NCBI GenBank assembly: GCA_965140445.1
Contig: OZ223236.1
Location: forward strand, 4,224,001-4,288,000
Length of the DNA stretch: 64,000 bases
Source of the DNA: Candidatus Ozemobacteraceae bacterium
GTDB taxonomy: Bacteria; Muiribacteriota; Ozemobacteria; Ozemobacterales; Ozemobacteraceae
Direction: 5' to 3'
Positions 39,063 to 49,923 of the stretch are shown here, in pieces. The translations under genes and the position numbers were made by a program. Below the pieces are notes generated by a model. The model was not told where the DNA came from. It saw only the letters and a list, made by a program, of their open reading frames with translations, and did not search any database. Each line of letters starts with the position of its first letter. Positions within the stretch are counted from its first letter, which is position 1.

Positions 39063-40037
39063 TTGAAAAACAACAAACTGAAAATAGGAATCTGTCTGTT
39101 TTTGGCTATAGCCCTGACTTTTTCCCTGTCTGGTTGCAAAAAGAAAAGAGATCGTCAGGTTAAATACAAACTTAAACTGACCGATTCTGCAAGAAATATT
39201 ACCCTGGCTCAACTTTTGCCAAAATCAAAAGACAGAAAAGGCAAGTTTAAAAATGAAGTAAATGAAGCAGTTAAAGATGAATACATGTATGGAACACTTG
39301 CTGGTCAATATGGAAAAGTCAAAACTGCTGAAAAGCATTTAAAGAATGCCATAAGAAAAGAGCCCCTATTTATTGATGCGCATCACAATCTTGGCCTTTC
39401 ATACTACAAACAGGGACGAATTGATGATGCTGTAAACGAATGGAAGAAAACTCTTGAGTTAGCTCCCGGATATGCAGAAACCTACTATAACCTCGCTATT
39501 TTTATGATGGATATGGGGCGAAAAGATGACTGCATAAAACTCCTGGAAACCTGTGTAAAACATGATCCATTCCACTTAAAAGCAAGATTTGCTTTGGGCA
39601 AAATAGCTCAAAAAGCAGGTAAAAACAAAGAAGCGATACGTCATTTCCGCTCATATCTCAACAGGGATAAAGGCGATCCTCGTGTGAGAATTGCTTTGGG
39701 CGAGTTATACCTTATAGAAGGACAAAACGACGCATCATTAAAGGAATTTGAAGCTGCAGCCAGAATTGATGATAAAAACCCAAAAGTTCATTATCAGTTA
39801 GGTGTTGCCTATCATCGAAGAAACCTTCTTGACCATGCAGTTCTTAACTACAAGAGAACCACAGAATTGGCTCCAGACAGCGTTGACGCGTATATCAACC
39901 TAGGTGACATTTATACCTACAGAAAAGAATATGCCTCTGCTCTCGCGGCTTATAATGCGGCTTTAGGAATTGATCCAACCAACTCTTATGCTTCAAGAAA
40001 AGCTAAGGAAGTTGAGTTGAAATTGCTGGATAAATAG
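39063..40037 (+). CDS. TPR lipoprotein
   Basis: Lipobox 'LSGC'; tandem TPRs. Confidence 0.87.
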   Translation: MKNNKLKIGICLFLAIALTFSLSGCKKKRDRQVKYKLKLTDSARNITLAQLLPKSKDRKGKFKNEVNEAVKDEYMYGTLAGQYGKVKTAEKHLKNAIRKEPLFIDAHHNLGLSYYKQGRIDDAVNEWKKTLELAPGYAETYYNLAIFMMDMGRKDDCIKLLETCVKHDPFHLKARFALGKIAQKAGKNKEAIRHFRSYLNRDKGDPRVRIALGELYLIEGQNDASLKEFEAAARIDDKNPKVHYQLGVAYHRRNLLDHAVLNYKRTTELAPDSVDAYINLGDIYTYRKEYASALAAYNAALGIDPTNSYASRKAKEVELKLLDK

Positions 40038-40038
40038 T

Positions 40039-40299
40039 TTGAACCAAAAACCTTTGTTTCCATCGAAACCTGGTAGCCATTCTCGCGACTCACACCGTGA
40101 TCGCGCAAGAAATGCTCTTTTGGCTGCCAGATTAAACCTCCCTGAATCTGAGGCTGGACAACTTGTCCGAGATTTCACCGTTGACGTCTCAAGCATCCTT
40201 GGAATTCCACAATCAGCAATCGATATCTCTACTGAATTTTCGGGCAGAGAGCTTGATTTGCTATTTACAATTAACAGGCAAAACACACCAAAAAAATGA
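40039..40299 (+). CDS. Hypothetical 86-aa protein
   Basis: Fills the operon gap exactly; ATGA overlap with the next gene. Confidence 0.55.
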   Translation: MNQKPLFPSKPGSHSRDSHRDRARNALLAARLNLPESEAGQLVRDFTVDVSSILGIPQSAIDISTEFSGRELDLLFTINRQNTPKK

Positions 40300-42002
40300 C
40301 AAATATCAAAGAAAAAATAAGCCATTGGGAACTCCTGGACATAGAAAAACCCGCCAGATATCTGGGAGGAGAAGTAAATCAAGCTTCGCCTAAGCCAGAT
40401 CATGACATAAAAGTATGTTTAGGTTTTCCAGATCTTTATGAACTTGGAATGTCCAATCTTGCCATAAAGATACTATACTCAATATTAGACAGTGACAAAA
40501 GAGTGCAGGTAGAAAGAGTTTTTTCTCCATGGGTTGATTTTGAAGACCTTCTGCAAAAAAAGGATCTACCTCTTTATTCGCTCGAATCCGGAACTCCTCT
40601 GAATGAATTTGATCTACTGGCCATCACTCTTCCTTATGAAATGACTTTTACCAATGTTATTCATATGCTTGACCTTGGAAAAGTGCCTCTGGAATGGAAA
40701 AACAGAGAAACAGGCCCAATAGTTGTTTCCGGAGGGCCATCTGCTTCAAATCCTCTTCCTGTATCAAAATTTATGGACGCAGTTCTAATAGGCGATGGAG
40801 AAGAAGCAATTAAAGAAATCGCCGAGGTGGTTATTGAGGGCCGCAAAGCTTCAGCAACTAATTCGGAAATTAGAAAAAAACTAAGTCAAATCGAGGGTGT
40901 TTGGGTTCCTCAATTTCCTGGACCAGTGAAAAAACGAGTTTTAAAGGATTTTAAAAGTTTTCCACCTCCACTTAATCCAATAATTCCTAATGTCCAAGCG
41001 ATTCATGACCGCGCTCCAATTGAAATATTCCGTGGTTGTGTTCAGGGATGCAGATTCTGTAATGCTGGTTTCTTTTACAGGCCGAAACGAGAAAGACCTG
41101 TAGATGAGCTTGTGAACTGGAGTAAAGAACTTTTAAAGAACACAGGTGAGGAGTCATTAGGCTTACTTTCCCTCTCTACATCAGATTACTGCAACTTGAC
41201 CGAACTTATTCTCCGACTTGATACTGAAAAGGTATTCCCAGAGCAAACCGTTTCTATTCCGTCTATGAGAATGAATGAAAATACGATTCGCTTACTTGAT
41301 TCAACCTCCAATGTGAAAAAAGGTGGCTTAACTTTCGCTCCTGAAGCTGGAACCCAAAAGTTAAGAGACATTATCCATAAAAATATCACCGAAGAAGATA
41401 TTATGAAGGTAATTCAAGCTACTGCTGGTTCTGTTTACAGGACTCTCAAACTATATTTTATGATGGGATTACCATTTGAAACCGAAGAAGATGTGCTTGG
41501 CATTGCAGAATTGGTTTCCAGAATTGAGGGCATGTCTAAAAAATATAAGCCCAAAAAGCAGATAACCATAAGCCTTTCAGGATTTGTTCCAAAACCTTTT
41601 ACACCATTCCAGTGGTCGGCGCAAAACTCAATGGAAGAATTTAAAGAAAAAAGGCAGATGGTTAGAAGAGCTTTATCTGATAACAAAGTAAAGGTTTCTT
41701 GGCGCGAAGAGTATTTGTGCATGCTTGAAGGCGTTTTATCCCGTGGGGATGAAAAAATTTCTGATCTGCTGCTTACCGCCCATAGACTCGGATGTAAGTT
41801 TGACGGCTGGAATGAACTTTTCAAAAGAGATTTATGGGATCAAGCTTTTGCTGAAAATGGTATAGATCCAGCTGATTACCTATGCGAACGCCCCATAAAC
41901 AGTGAACTACCATGGGACTTTATCGACTACGGAACACCTAGAAGCTTCTTGGAAAGTGAATATAGAGACGCAGCAAAAATAGCGGGGATACCAATAGAAT
42001 GA
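40296..42002 (+). CDS. TIGR03960-type B12-binding radical SAM protein
   Basis: 'KPARYLGGEVN', 'FPDLYELGMSN', 'RGCVQGCRFC', 'TFAPEAG', 'FVPKPFTPFQW'. Confidence 0.9.
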   Translation: MTNIKEKISHWELLDIEKPARYLGGEVNQASPKPDHDIKVCLGFPDLYELGMSNLAIKILYSILDSDKRVQVERVFSPWVDFEDLLQKKDLPLYSLESGTPLNEFDLLAITLPYEMTFTNVIHMLDLGKVPLEWKNRETGPIVVSGGPSASNPLPVSKFMDAVLIGDGEEAIKEIAEVVIEGRKASATNSEIRKKLSQIEGVWVPQFPGPVKKRVLKDFKSFPPPLNPIIPNVQAIHDRAPIEIFRGCVQGCRFCNAGFFYRPKRERPVDELVNWSKELLKNTGEESLGLLSLSTSDYCNLTELILRLDTEKVFPEQTVSIPSMRMNENTIRLLDSTSNVKKGGLTFAPEAGTQKLRDIIHKNITEEDIMKVIQATAGSVYRTLKLYFMMGLPFETEEDVLGIAELVSRIEGMSKKYKPKKQITISLSGFVPKPFTPFQWSAQNSMEEFKEKRQMVRRALSDNKVKVSWREEYLCMLEGVLSRGDEKISDLLLTAHRLGCKFDGWNELFKRDLWDQAFAENGIDPADYLCERPINSELPWDFIDYGTPRSFLESEYRDAAKIAGIPIE

Positions 42003-42658
42003 ACCAGGAACAAATACATTTATTGAAAGTTGTTTATTCAAAAACCGGGCCTTCGAGATATGTTGCTCATCTTGATACAATCGGCATTTTAAGCAAAGCT
42101 ATCAGACGTTTGAACCTTGCGTATGATGTAACTAAAGGGTGCCATATGCGCCCGAAAATAACCTTTGCTCCTCCCTTACCGCTGGGGCATGCCAGTTATT
42201 GTGAGTATTTTATATTATCGTTGACGGAGATTCCGGATTTAGATGGCTTAAAGGAACTTTTATCCGCAAACATGCCTTCAGGAATGGATGCATTAAGCAT
42301 TGAGATTCTTCCTGATAAGCCACCAACATCCCATAACATTGAGAAGCTTGATTACAAATTAACTTTTCTTGATAAGGCTGTTATGGATAAAGCCCAGTTA
42401 TTTTTAACAAGTGAGAATTCCAGCTTTAAAACGATAAGTAAGAAAAAAACCAGAGAGTATTTTGTTAAAGAAGCAATTATAAGCTCTGTTCCCAAAGAGA
42501 TTGATGGCAAATTTGTCATCGAAGCTGAATTTGTTCAGGGAAAACCTAACGTCCCTTCCGTGTCAAAAATAGTTTCTGCCCTTGCAGATTACTTGAAAGA
42601 CGAAAAGCACTCGTTAATTTTAATTGAGCGCTTAAAAATTGAAGAATTAACACAATAG
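41999..42658 (+). CDS. TIGR03936/DUF2344 radical SAM-associated protein
   Basis: 'YSKTG..RYVAHLD', 'RPKITFAPPLPLG..S..EY'. Confidence 0.88.
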   Translation: MNQEQIHLLKVVYSKTGPSRYVAHLDTIGILSKAIRRLNLAYDVTKGCHMRPKITFAPPLPLGHASYCEYFILSLTEIPDLDGLKELLSANMPSGMDALSIEILPDKPPTSHNIEKLDYKLTFLDKAVMDKAQLFLTSENSSFKTISKKKTREYFVKEAIISSVPKEIDGKFVIEAEFVQGKPNVPSVSKIVSALADYLKDEKHSLILIERLKIEELTQ

Positions 42659-42668
42659 GAGTTTTTCC

Positions 42669-44297
42669 GTGGATCGGAAAATTTTAGTAAATATAGGACC
42701 ATATGAATCACGTGCGGCAGTAGTTGAAAGAGGCCAGCTTGTTGAACTGATGTTTGAAATTCCAGACTCAGAAAAAATTGTCGGGTGCATCTACAAAGGA
42801 AGGGTTTCCAATGTAGTTCCAGGAACCCAGGCTGCCTTTGTTGACATAGGAATTCACAAGGACGCTTATCTCACCCTCACAGGTGTGGAAAACGTCAGCG
42901 ACGGAGAAATTGTAAAAGACATCTATAAAAGTCCAATTCAAGATATTCTCAAAGTTGGGCAGGATGTAGTATTGCAGATACTTAAAGAACCCACACCAAC
43001 CAAAGGGCCACGTTCAACGATGACCATTTCCTTTCCGGGAAGGTATCTAGTTTTCATGCCTCAGGTTGATCATATAGGTGTTTCCAGAAGAATTTCGCAG
43101 GATAAAGAGCGTGATAGACTGCGCAGTATCGGAAAAAAACTTCTTCCAAAAGGAAGCGGTCTAATTTTCAGAACCGCCTCTGAAGGTCTTGAAGAAAATG
43201 TATTAGAAGCCGATCTGAGATTTTTGATTAACATGTGGAATAAGGTTCAGAAGAAATCTGAGAAAGCTCCTCCTAGAACAATGCTTCATCGCGACATATC
43301 TCTCCCAATGAAAATTGCCAGAGACTATTTTAAAGATGATGTTGAAGAAATGATCGTTGATTCAGAAGATGCTTATAATGCGATCCTGGAAGATTGTGAT
43401 TTTCTTTCTCCTATGCAGAGAGCTTCATTAGAGCTTTATAAAGATAAGACACCGATTTTTGAGAAATATTGCATTAATAAAGAAATTGAACGTGCTTTGT
43501 CTCGAAAAATCTGGCTAAATTCAGGCGGATACATCTACATAGATAAAACAGAAGCTATGTATTGTATAGACATTAACTCTGGCAGATTTTCAGGTGGCTC
43601 AGATCTGGAAGAAACTGTATTCAAAGTAAATATGGAAGCCGCACGAGAAGTTGCACGACAGATCAGACTACGCAACCTGGCAGGCATGATTATTATAGAC
43701 TTCATTGATATGGAATCTAACAAACATAGAGCCCAAGTTCTAAGAGCATTTAAAGATGGCTTTAGAGGAGACCGCGCAAAACCTCACATTCTTGATTTCT
43801 CAGACCTTGGACTAGTTCAAATGACACGTCGAAGAACTTCCGCCAGCCTTGAGGAAATACGTAAAGAAGCTTGCCCTTGCTGTCATGGTGCAGGAAAAGT
43901 TCTATCCATCCAAACCCTTGGAAATCGGCTTAGAACTCAGGTGTTAGATGAAGCCAGACGTTATGATTGCAGGAAGATTTCAATTTCAGCCCACAAAACT
44001 CTTATTGATTTTATAAGGGGACAGAATAACCAAAACCTTAAGGAACTTGAAAAAGCCTGTAGAAAGCAACTGGTTTTAAAATCCCTGACTGGCTTAGATC
44101 TTGAAACTTTTAAGGTAGAGCCAATTCTGGAAAAACCCCAGAGTTCAAAAAGTGACAAAGCTCAAAACCCAAATTCTGAAGTTTCCAAGAATTCAAAGGA
44201 AGACAAGCCAAACAACTCCAAAGAAGAAAAATCTCTTAGTAGCAACGATGCTAAAGATCAACCCAAAGGAAAAAAGGATGAACCTCAAAGCAAGTAA
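42669..44297 (+). CDS. rng: Ribonuclease E/G family
   Basis: 'IYKGRV..VVPG.QAAFVDIG', 'IDINSG', 'RLRNLAGMIIIDFIDM', 'CPCCHG'; charged C-terminal tail. Confidence 0.92.
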   Translation: MDRKILVNIGPYESRAAVVERGQLVELMFEIPDSEKIVGCIYKGRVSNVVPGTQAAFVDIGIHKDAYLTLTGVENVSDGEIVKDIYKSPIQDILKVGQDVVLQILKEPTPTKGPRSTMTISFPGRYLVFMPQVDHIGVSRRISQDKERDRLRSIGKKLLPKGSGLIFRTASEGLEENVLEADLRFLINMWNKVQKKSEKAPPRTMLHRDISLPMKIARDYFKDDVEEMIVDSEDAYNAILEDCDFLSPMQRASLELYKDKTPIFEKYCINKEIERALSRKIWLNSGGYIYIDKTEAMYCIDINSGRFSGGSDLEETVFKVNMEAAREVARQIRLRNLAGMIIIDFIDMESNKHRAQVLRAFKDGFRGDRAKPHILDFSDLGLVQMTRRRTSASLEEIRKEACPCCHGAGKVLSIQTLGNRLRTQVLDEARRYDCRKISISAHKTLIDFIRGQNNQNLKELEKACRKQLVLKSLTGLDLETFKVEPILEKPQSSKSDKAQNPNSEVSKNSKEDKPNNSKEEKSLSSNDAKDQPKGKKDEPQSK

Positions 44298-45012
44298 TTT
44301 CCGTAATTGCCTCAAAATATCAGTAATTTCTCTATTTCTGATCTTTTCTGGCATTCAATCATTACGAGCTGTTGAAGTTAAATACTCATTCAAAACAGGT
44401 TTCACTTATTCGTATGAGTATGTTTCCAAGCATTCCACTGAATTTAAAGCTTTCCAGATATCCGGGAAAAAAGATTCGGACAAGTTCTCTCAGGAATTCG
44501 AAATAAAAATTCTCAGCTTTGACAATAATGCCTACGTAGCTGATATTATTTCAAATGGCCATTCTATAAGGCGCTATATTTCCCCAACCGGAAAATTGGT
44601 TGGCGCACCAACAGAAACAGGACAAAAAATCCCTTTCCTTCTTACATTCCCTACAGGTGACTGGAAGGTGGGTACAACCAAAAAAACTTCGAAAAACCTG
44701 AAAATAGGCAACAAGACCTTCCAGATGAATTGGCTTTTAAAGTTAAAAGATTATTCTGATGAAACAAATCTCGCTGAAATCGTTTTTTCAGGATTACTAG
44801 ACTTTCCTGAAGACAGGATCAAACAGAAAAACTTTGATTACAAGGGTAAGATCAAGTTTGATCTGACCAATGGATGCATAAACCAGGCAGACTGGCTTAT
44901 CACTTATCAATTTTCCTTCCTCAACAAGGAACTTGCTGTAATAAGACCTATGTGGGAATTCGCAGAAACCCACAGATATTCATTGAAATTAAAAGGCGTA
45001 AGGGAGAACTGA
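44278..45012 (+). CDS. Secreted hypothetical protein (beta-rich)
   Basis: Signal peptide 'LKISVISLFLIFSGIQSLRA'; start moved to 44278. Confidence 0.7.
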   Translation: MNLKASNFRNCLKISVISLFLIFSGIQSLRAVEVKYSFKTGFTYSYEYVSKHSTEFKAFQISGKKDSDKFSQEFEIKILSFDNNAYVADIISNGHSIRRYISPTGKLVGAPTETGQKIPFLLTFPTGDWKVGTTKKTSKNLKIGNKTFQMNWLLKLKDYSDETNLAEIVFSGLLDFPEDRIKQKNFDYKGKIKFDLTNGCINQADWLITYQFSFLNKELAVIRPMWEFAETHRYSLKLKGVREN

Positions 45013-45013
45013 C

Positions 45014-45886
45014 ATGAAACGATTTCTCTTTTGTTTTGCCCTGATAACCTTCGTATTTTCAAGTTCTCAACTCAGCGCGCGCGACTTTAATATTTCATCT
45101 CCAATAAAATTATGGCTCCTAACCAATGAGGCAAAGGCGATCTCTTCTTTAAATGCCGACAGGAACTTGATAAGTCAGATTTCAAGCCCCTTTTCTTCAG
45201 TGCCATTTTATAATGAAAATGGCTTGAAAGCCGAAGAACAGCTTTGGAATGTACACAGAAAAATCTACAAACTTTTATCTGAAGTTGAAGATGTCTATTC
45301 GCTTGCAAAGCGTTACGGAGACGGTCATTTTTCTGTTTTATTGAAACGAGCAAGGCCAGAAATATGGATTCTGATTCCATTGCATCAGCTCAGAGTTGGC
45401 ATATTAGATACTCTGCCGGGAGAATTGAGAAAAGCTTTTCATTCGACTTTGCTGGAATGCCTGCAGCTCAATGAAAACAGGGACACGAATCTTTCAGAGA
45501 GACTTTCCCGGGCACAACGCCTGTTAAAAGACGATGAAATGAGGCTTATGGATTCATATCTAGACAACTTTTCTGCTCTTTATCCCGCAAACGGCGCACC
45601 AAAATTATTTAGAGCGTTCATCAAATCTGGAACAAAACAGCAATTTGCACGCAGAATAAAAGAGATTTTCAAACCGGTGGTAGTAACAATTCCGGTAGCA
45701 GAAGCATCAAAAGAGGAACCCAGTTTACCGATTGAACCAGATGATCCACTTGCGGAGCTTGAAAAGCTTGCAGAAATGACTCCTACAGGAGAATTTAAAG
45801 ACTCTGATTCTGCAAATAATGCGAGCGAAACGTTTTTAGAAGAGCCTGATCAAGCAGCTGTAGATATGTTTAATATCTGGGATTAG
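45014..45886 (+). CDS. Secreted hypothetical protein with acidic tail
   Basis: Signal peptide 'MKRFLFCFALITFVFSSSQLSA'; GGGAG RBS. Confidence 0.7.
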   Translation: MKRFLFCFALITFVFSSSQLSARDFNISSPIKLWLLTNEAKAISSLNADRNLISQISSPFSSVPFYNENGLKAEEQLWNVHRKIYKLLSEVEDVYSLAKRYGDGHFSVLLKRARPEIWILIPLHQLRVGILDTLPGELRKAFHSTLLECLQLNENRDTNLSERLSRAQRLLKDDEMRLMDSYLDNFSALYPANGAPKLFRAFIKSGTKQQFARRIKEIFKPVVVTIPVAEASKEEPSLPIEPDDPLAELEKLAEMTPTGEFKDSDSANNASETFLEEPDQAAVDMFNIWD

Positions 45887-45894
45887 TTTAATTA

Positions 45895-46794
45895 ATGCAA
45901 CAATCTGTTACCGCCTTTTTTCAGTCATTGAGTTGGCAATACCTGGCTATTTTGGCAACTTTCGTTTATGGCGTCATGAATTTTTTATACAAGGTTGCCG
46001 CTGAATACAAGTGCTCAAGCTTTCACATAATGAGCTTTAGCGGCTTAAGTGTATCAATTCTTTCATTTATTGTTATTTTTTTTACAAAATCCCCTTTTAG
46101 TTCTCTCCATCTGATTCTACTTTTTGCCTGCGTAAATGCCTTTTTCTTTGCTGCTGGCTCAATATGCAAAATAGAGGCTCTGAGGAATATCCCGGCAAAC
46201 ATTTCTTTTCCCGTTATAAAGTTAAATGTAGTATTAACTATCATTATTGCCGTGTTGTTTTTTTCTGAGCGCCCTAACTTCAATCAAATCGTCGGAATTT
46301 GTTCCGGAATAGGTGTAATTCTAATTCTAGCAGCTGAAAAATGGAAAGTTCCGGGCCAATCAATTTCATTTCGTAAAGGTATTTTGTTCTCGGTTTCAGC
46401 AGCCTTTTGTTCTGCGATTTCCATGACAGTTGGCAAAGTAGTTTCAACAACCGTGCCCAAGTTAAATTACATTTTTATTTCTTACACCCTGGTTGCAATT
46501 TACTCGTATCTGGCCTCAACTCAAAAAAAAGCAGTGGTTAAGGGTTCTTCGTCTCTTAACTACAAAACTGTTGGCTTTGGCGTAGTTATTGGTTCAATGA
46601 ATTTTCTTGGCTACTTTCTTGTATTGTCAGCCTTTTCCAAAGGCCCAATGTCGTCAATTCAACCAATTTTTGCTATGTCAGTGGTTATTCCAATTATTAT
46701 GTCCAGAATTTTTTATGGGGAAAAATTAAATCTTCATCGAGTTCTAGCCTTGTTTTTATCAATAATTTCTATCATTCTTATTTCAAAAAAATAG
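45895..46794 (+). CDS. EamA/DMT-family transporter
   Basis: About 10 TM helices in two repeats ('FFSERP', 'FYGEKL'). Confidence 0.85.
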   Translation: MQQSVTAFFQSLSWQYLAILATFVYGVMNFLYKVAAEYKCSSFHIMSFSGLSVSILSFIVIFFTKSPFSSLHLILLFACVNAFFFAAGSICKIEALRNIPANISFPVIKLNVVLTIIIAVLFFSERPNFNQIVGICSGIGVILILAAEKWKVPGQSISFRKGILFSVSAAFCSAISMTVGKVVSTTVPKLNYIFISYTLVAIYSYLASTQKKAVVKGSSSLNYKTVGFGVVIGSMNFLGYFLVLSAFSKGPMSSIQPIFAMSVVIPIIMSRIFYGEKLNLHRVLALFLSIISIILISKK

Positions 46795-46815
46795 AAAAAA
46801 GATACAATTGGCCAG

Positions 46816-46847
46816 AAAAAAAACGCCACGTAAGTGGCGTTTTTTTT
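46816..46847. terminator. Bidirectional intrinsic terminator
   Basis: A8-CGCCAC-GTAA-GTGGCG-T8 between convergent genes. Confidence 0.9.
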
Positions 46848-47913
46848 AAGAATAATAATCCTTCAGTTTTGGCGGTGAACTAGCTCTAAGCTTTTTCAGG
46901 GCCTTTTCTTCAACCTGTCTGATTCTTTCTCGGGTCACACCAAGAATTCGGCCTATTTCTTCCAGTGATCTTGGAATACCGTCATCTAAACCAAATCTAA
47001 GTTTAACCACCATTATTTCCCTGTCGGTCAAGGCAACCATTACTTTTTCGATCTGCTCTCTAAGCAAAGAATCGATAACAGCTTCTTCCGGACTAACAGC
47101 ATCATCGTTTGAAATGTAATTTTCCAGTGAAGTATCTTCCTTGTTACCAACTGTAACTTCAAGTGATACAGGTTCTTGAGTCAATCTGACAACTTCTTCA
47201 ATTCTATCAACTGGAATATCAACTCTCATGGAAAGCTCTTCCATGGATGGTTCTCTTCCAACTTCCTGAACGAAAAGACGCAGATGCTTTCGGACCTTAT
47301 TAACAATTTCCATGATATGAACAGGAATTCTAATAACTCTTGACTGCTCTGCTAATGCTCTTGTTATAGCCTGTCTGATCCACCATGTAGAATAGGTAGA
47401 AAACTTGTATCCCATGGTGTAATCAAACTTTTCAATAGATCTTAAAAGACCAAGATTGCCTTCCTGAATCAAATCAAGGAAAAGTAATCCACGATTGGTA
47501 TACTTCTTTGCAATACTTACAACTAATCTTAAGTTGGCAGTAATAAGAGCTTCTCTTGCTTCCTGGTCACCTTCAAGAATTCTTTTTGCAAAATCTTTTT
47601 CCTGATCATGAGTTGCAAGGGAAAGCTTGGTTAGCTGCTGAAGATAGAGCTTTACAGAATCATCAAAAATAGACTCCTGTTTTCTCTTTTCTCTTTGATC
47701 CTGAGAATCAACAACATCTTCGTCAGAGGATTTTTTATATGCTGAAGCAATTTTTATCCCCTCTTTTTCTTGAGCTTCTTTTACTTCAAGCTCTTTTGAT
47801 TCAGGGGTTTCAACGACTTTTACTTCTTTCTTTTTTGATGCTTTTGTACGAATTGTTTTCGTTTTAGCTTGTGTTTTTGCCTTGCCAGAAGCATTGTTGT
47901 CTTTTTTAGGCAT
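46846..47913 (-). CDS. RpoD/SigA-family sigma-70 factor lacking a typical region 1.1
   Basis: '[12 protein letters not shown]', 'DLIQEGN.GL', '[15 protein letters not shown]', '[10 protein letters not shown]'. Confidence 0.92.
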   Translation of the reverse strand: MPKKDNNASGKAKTQAKTKTIRTKASKKKEVKVVETPESKELEVKEAQEKEGIKIASAYKKSSDEDVVDSQDQREKRKQESIFDDSVKLYLQQLTKLSLATHDQEKDFAKRILEGDQEAREALITANLRLVVSIAKKYTNRGLLFLDLIQEGNLGLLRSIEKFDYTMGYKFSTYSTWWIRQAITRALAEQSRVIRIPVHIMEIVNKVRKHLRLFVQEVGREPSMEELSMRVDIPVDRIEEVVRLTQEPVSLEVTVGNKEDTSLENYISNDDAVSPEEAVIDSLLREQIEKVMVALTDREIMVVKLRFGLDDGIPRSLEEIGRILGVTRERIRQVEEKALKKLRASSPPKLKDYYS

Positions 47914-48883
47914 TTTCCAGCTCCTCTTCGCAGCTGAACTCTCCCATGGCTCGAAACTTCTGATATCTTTTTTCGATCAGCTCTTCGGGGTCCATCTTAA
48001 GCAATTCTGGAAGATGTTCTTCAATCTTTTCCTTAATCAATTCAGCGGCCTTTTGATGATTTCTATGAGCTCCACCCAGGGGCTCGGATATAACTTCGTC
48101 AATTATACCAGCTTCCAGATGATTATGTGCAAGAACTTTTAATGCTTCTGCAGCATCTTTTGCCTTAGTCGCGTCTTTCCACAATATTGCTGCACAACCT
48201 TCTGCTGTAATAACCGAATAAATACTATATTCAAACATCAAAATTTTATCGCCAATTCCTAATGCCAAAGCTCCACCGCTGCCGCCTTCTCCTATAACAA
48301 AGCATAAGATTGGGACACGGACTCTGGACATCTCTGCAAGATTTCTTGCAATGGCTTCACTCTGTCCACGTTCTTCAGCTCCTAAACCAGGAAATGCACC
48401 AGGAGTATCAATAAGAACCAGGATTGGCTTATTAAAATTCTCAGCCATTTTCATCATTCTGAGAGCTTTTCTGTAGCCTTCAGGATGCGGCATACCAAAG
48501 TTTCTGTAAATATTCTCTTCAGTATCGTGACCTTTTTGTTGGCCAATAATCATCATTGATCGGCCATTAACATTTCCAAATCCTGAAACAATTGCCGAAT
48601 CATCGCCAAAAAGCCTGTCTCCGTGAAGTTCAAAAAAATCATCACCACACAGGTGTTTTATATAGTCCAGGGTTGATGGTCTATCGATATGACGCGCAAC
48701 TTTGGTAATTTGCCAGGAATCCAGATCACCATAGACCTCTTCTTTTAGAGTGTTGATTTTTCCAGCAATAGCCTGAATTTCTTTTGTTAAGTCAAGCTTT
48801 CCGCTCTCTGAGATCAACTGTAGCTCTTTTAATCTAGTTTCAAGCTCAATTATTGGTTGTTCAAAATCAAAATCTCTGGACAT
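47906..48883 (-). CDS. accA: Acetyl-CoA carboxylase carboxyltransferase alpha
   Basis: 'ELHGDR', '[15 protein letters not shown]', 'IDTPGA', 'GEGGSGGAL'. Confidence 0.97.
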   Translation of the reverse strand: MSRDFDFEQPIIELETRLKELQLISESGKLDLTKEIQAIAGKINTLKEEVYGDLDSWQITKVARHIDRPSTLDYIKHLCGDDFFELHGDRLFGDDSAIVSGFGNVNGRSMMIIGQQKGHDTEENIYRNFGMPHPEGYRKALRMMKMAENFNKPILVLIDTPGAFPGLGAEERGQSEAIARNLAEMSRVRVPILCFVIGEGGSGGALALGIGDKILMFEYSIYSVITAEGCAAILWKDATKAKDAAEALKVLAHNHLEAGIIDEVISEPLGGAHRNHQKAAELIKEKIEEHLPELLKMDPEELIEKRYQKFRAMGEFSCEEELENA

Positions 48884-48895
48884 CTTTACTCCGGA

Positions 48896-49720
48896 TTATT
48901 CGGTTATAAGTCTCAATAGTCTTGCAATTGATGACTTGAGTATTCTTCTATGAATTACGGCATCTATCATACCATGCTCAAGAAGAAATTCGGCTCTCTG
49001 GAAACCTTCTGGTAATTTTTGCTTTATTGTCTGCTCAATAACCCTGGGTCCGGCGAAACCGATTAAAGCACCTGGTTCAGCAATGTTTACATCACCAAGA
49101 CTTGCAAAACTCGCAGAAACCCCACCTGTTGTAGGATCGGTCATTAAAGAAATAAAGGGCACAGACGCTTCGGATAATTTTTTTGCTGCCGCTGAGGTTT
49201 TAGCCATCTGCATCAAGGAGAATATTCCTTCCTGCATTCTTGCTCCGCCACTCGCAGAAACAATTATCACTGGAGTTTTTTCTTTTGCTCCAATTTCAAA
49301 TAATCTGGTAACTTTTTCGCCAACTACTGAGCCCATGCTTCCACCCATGAATTCGAAATTCATAACTCCGAGCAAAATCTGAAGGCCTTCGATTTTCCCA
49401 CGACCAGTTGTAATGGCCTCAAGAACGTCAGTTTTAGCGACAGCGTCTCTAATTCTATCTTCATATGCCTTTGAATCATTAAAGTTCAAAGGATTTGCCG
49501 ACCTGATATTCCCATCCAGTTCTATGAAAGAATTATCGTCAGTTAACAGAGCAACCCTATCCCATAATGGCATCCTTAGATGCTGGTCGCATTTGTTGCA
49601 AAGATAAAGGTTTTTTGCGAGTTCTTTAATTAAAAGTAACTCGCCGCACCTGGTACATTTCTTCCAAAGGTCTGAAGGAATGTCTTTCTTGGGTCTGGTA
49701 AGCTTGTCAAACCATCCCAT
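48896..49720 (-). CDS. accD: Acetyl-CoA carboxylase carboxyltransferase beta
   Basis: Zn finger 'WKKCTRC...CNKC', 'FMGGSMGSVVGEK', 'SGGARMQEG', 'GFAGPRVIEQT'. Confidence 0.97.
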   Translation of the reverse strand: MGWFDKLTRPKKDIPSDLWKKCTRCGELLLIKELAKNLYLCNKCDQHLRMPLWDRVALLTDDNSFIELDGNIRSANPLNFNDSKAYEDRIRDAVAKTDVLEAITTGRGKIEGLQILLGVMNFEFMGGSMGSVVGEKVTRLFEIGAKEKTPVIIVSASGGARMQEGIFSLMQMAKTSAAAKKLSEASVPFISLMTDPTTGGVSASFASLGDVNIAEPGALIGFAGPRVIEQTIKQKLPEGFQRAEFLLEHGMIDAVIHRRILKSSIARLLRLITE

Positions 49721-49865
49721 TGCTTACCGCCTTTCAATGCATAATTTAGGCTTTTTCATAAACTCTGGTTATACCAGATTTGTTTTTCCATTTCAAGGGC
49801 AATTAAAGAATACAGCAAGATATTTGATTTTTTTTTCATTTTTCTTTCAAATATTCTAAAAAAAC

Positions 49866-49901
49866 AAAAGCGGAACAACATAAATTGTTGTCCCGCTTTT
49901 T
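49866..49901 (-). terminator. Intrinsic terminator after the diheme lipoprotein
   Basis: AAAAGCGGAACAACA...TGTTGTCCCGCTTTT hairpin. Confidence 0.75.
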
Positions 49902-49923
49902 ATTTTAGGAGGTTACATTTATT

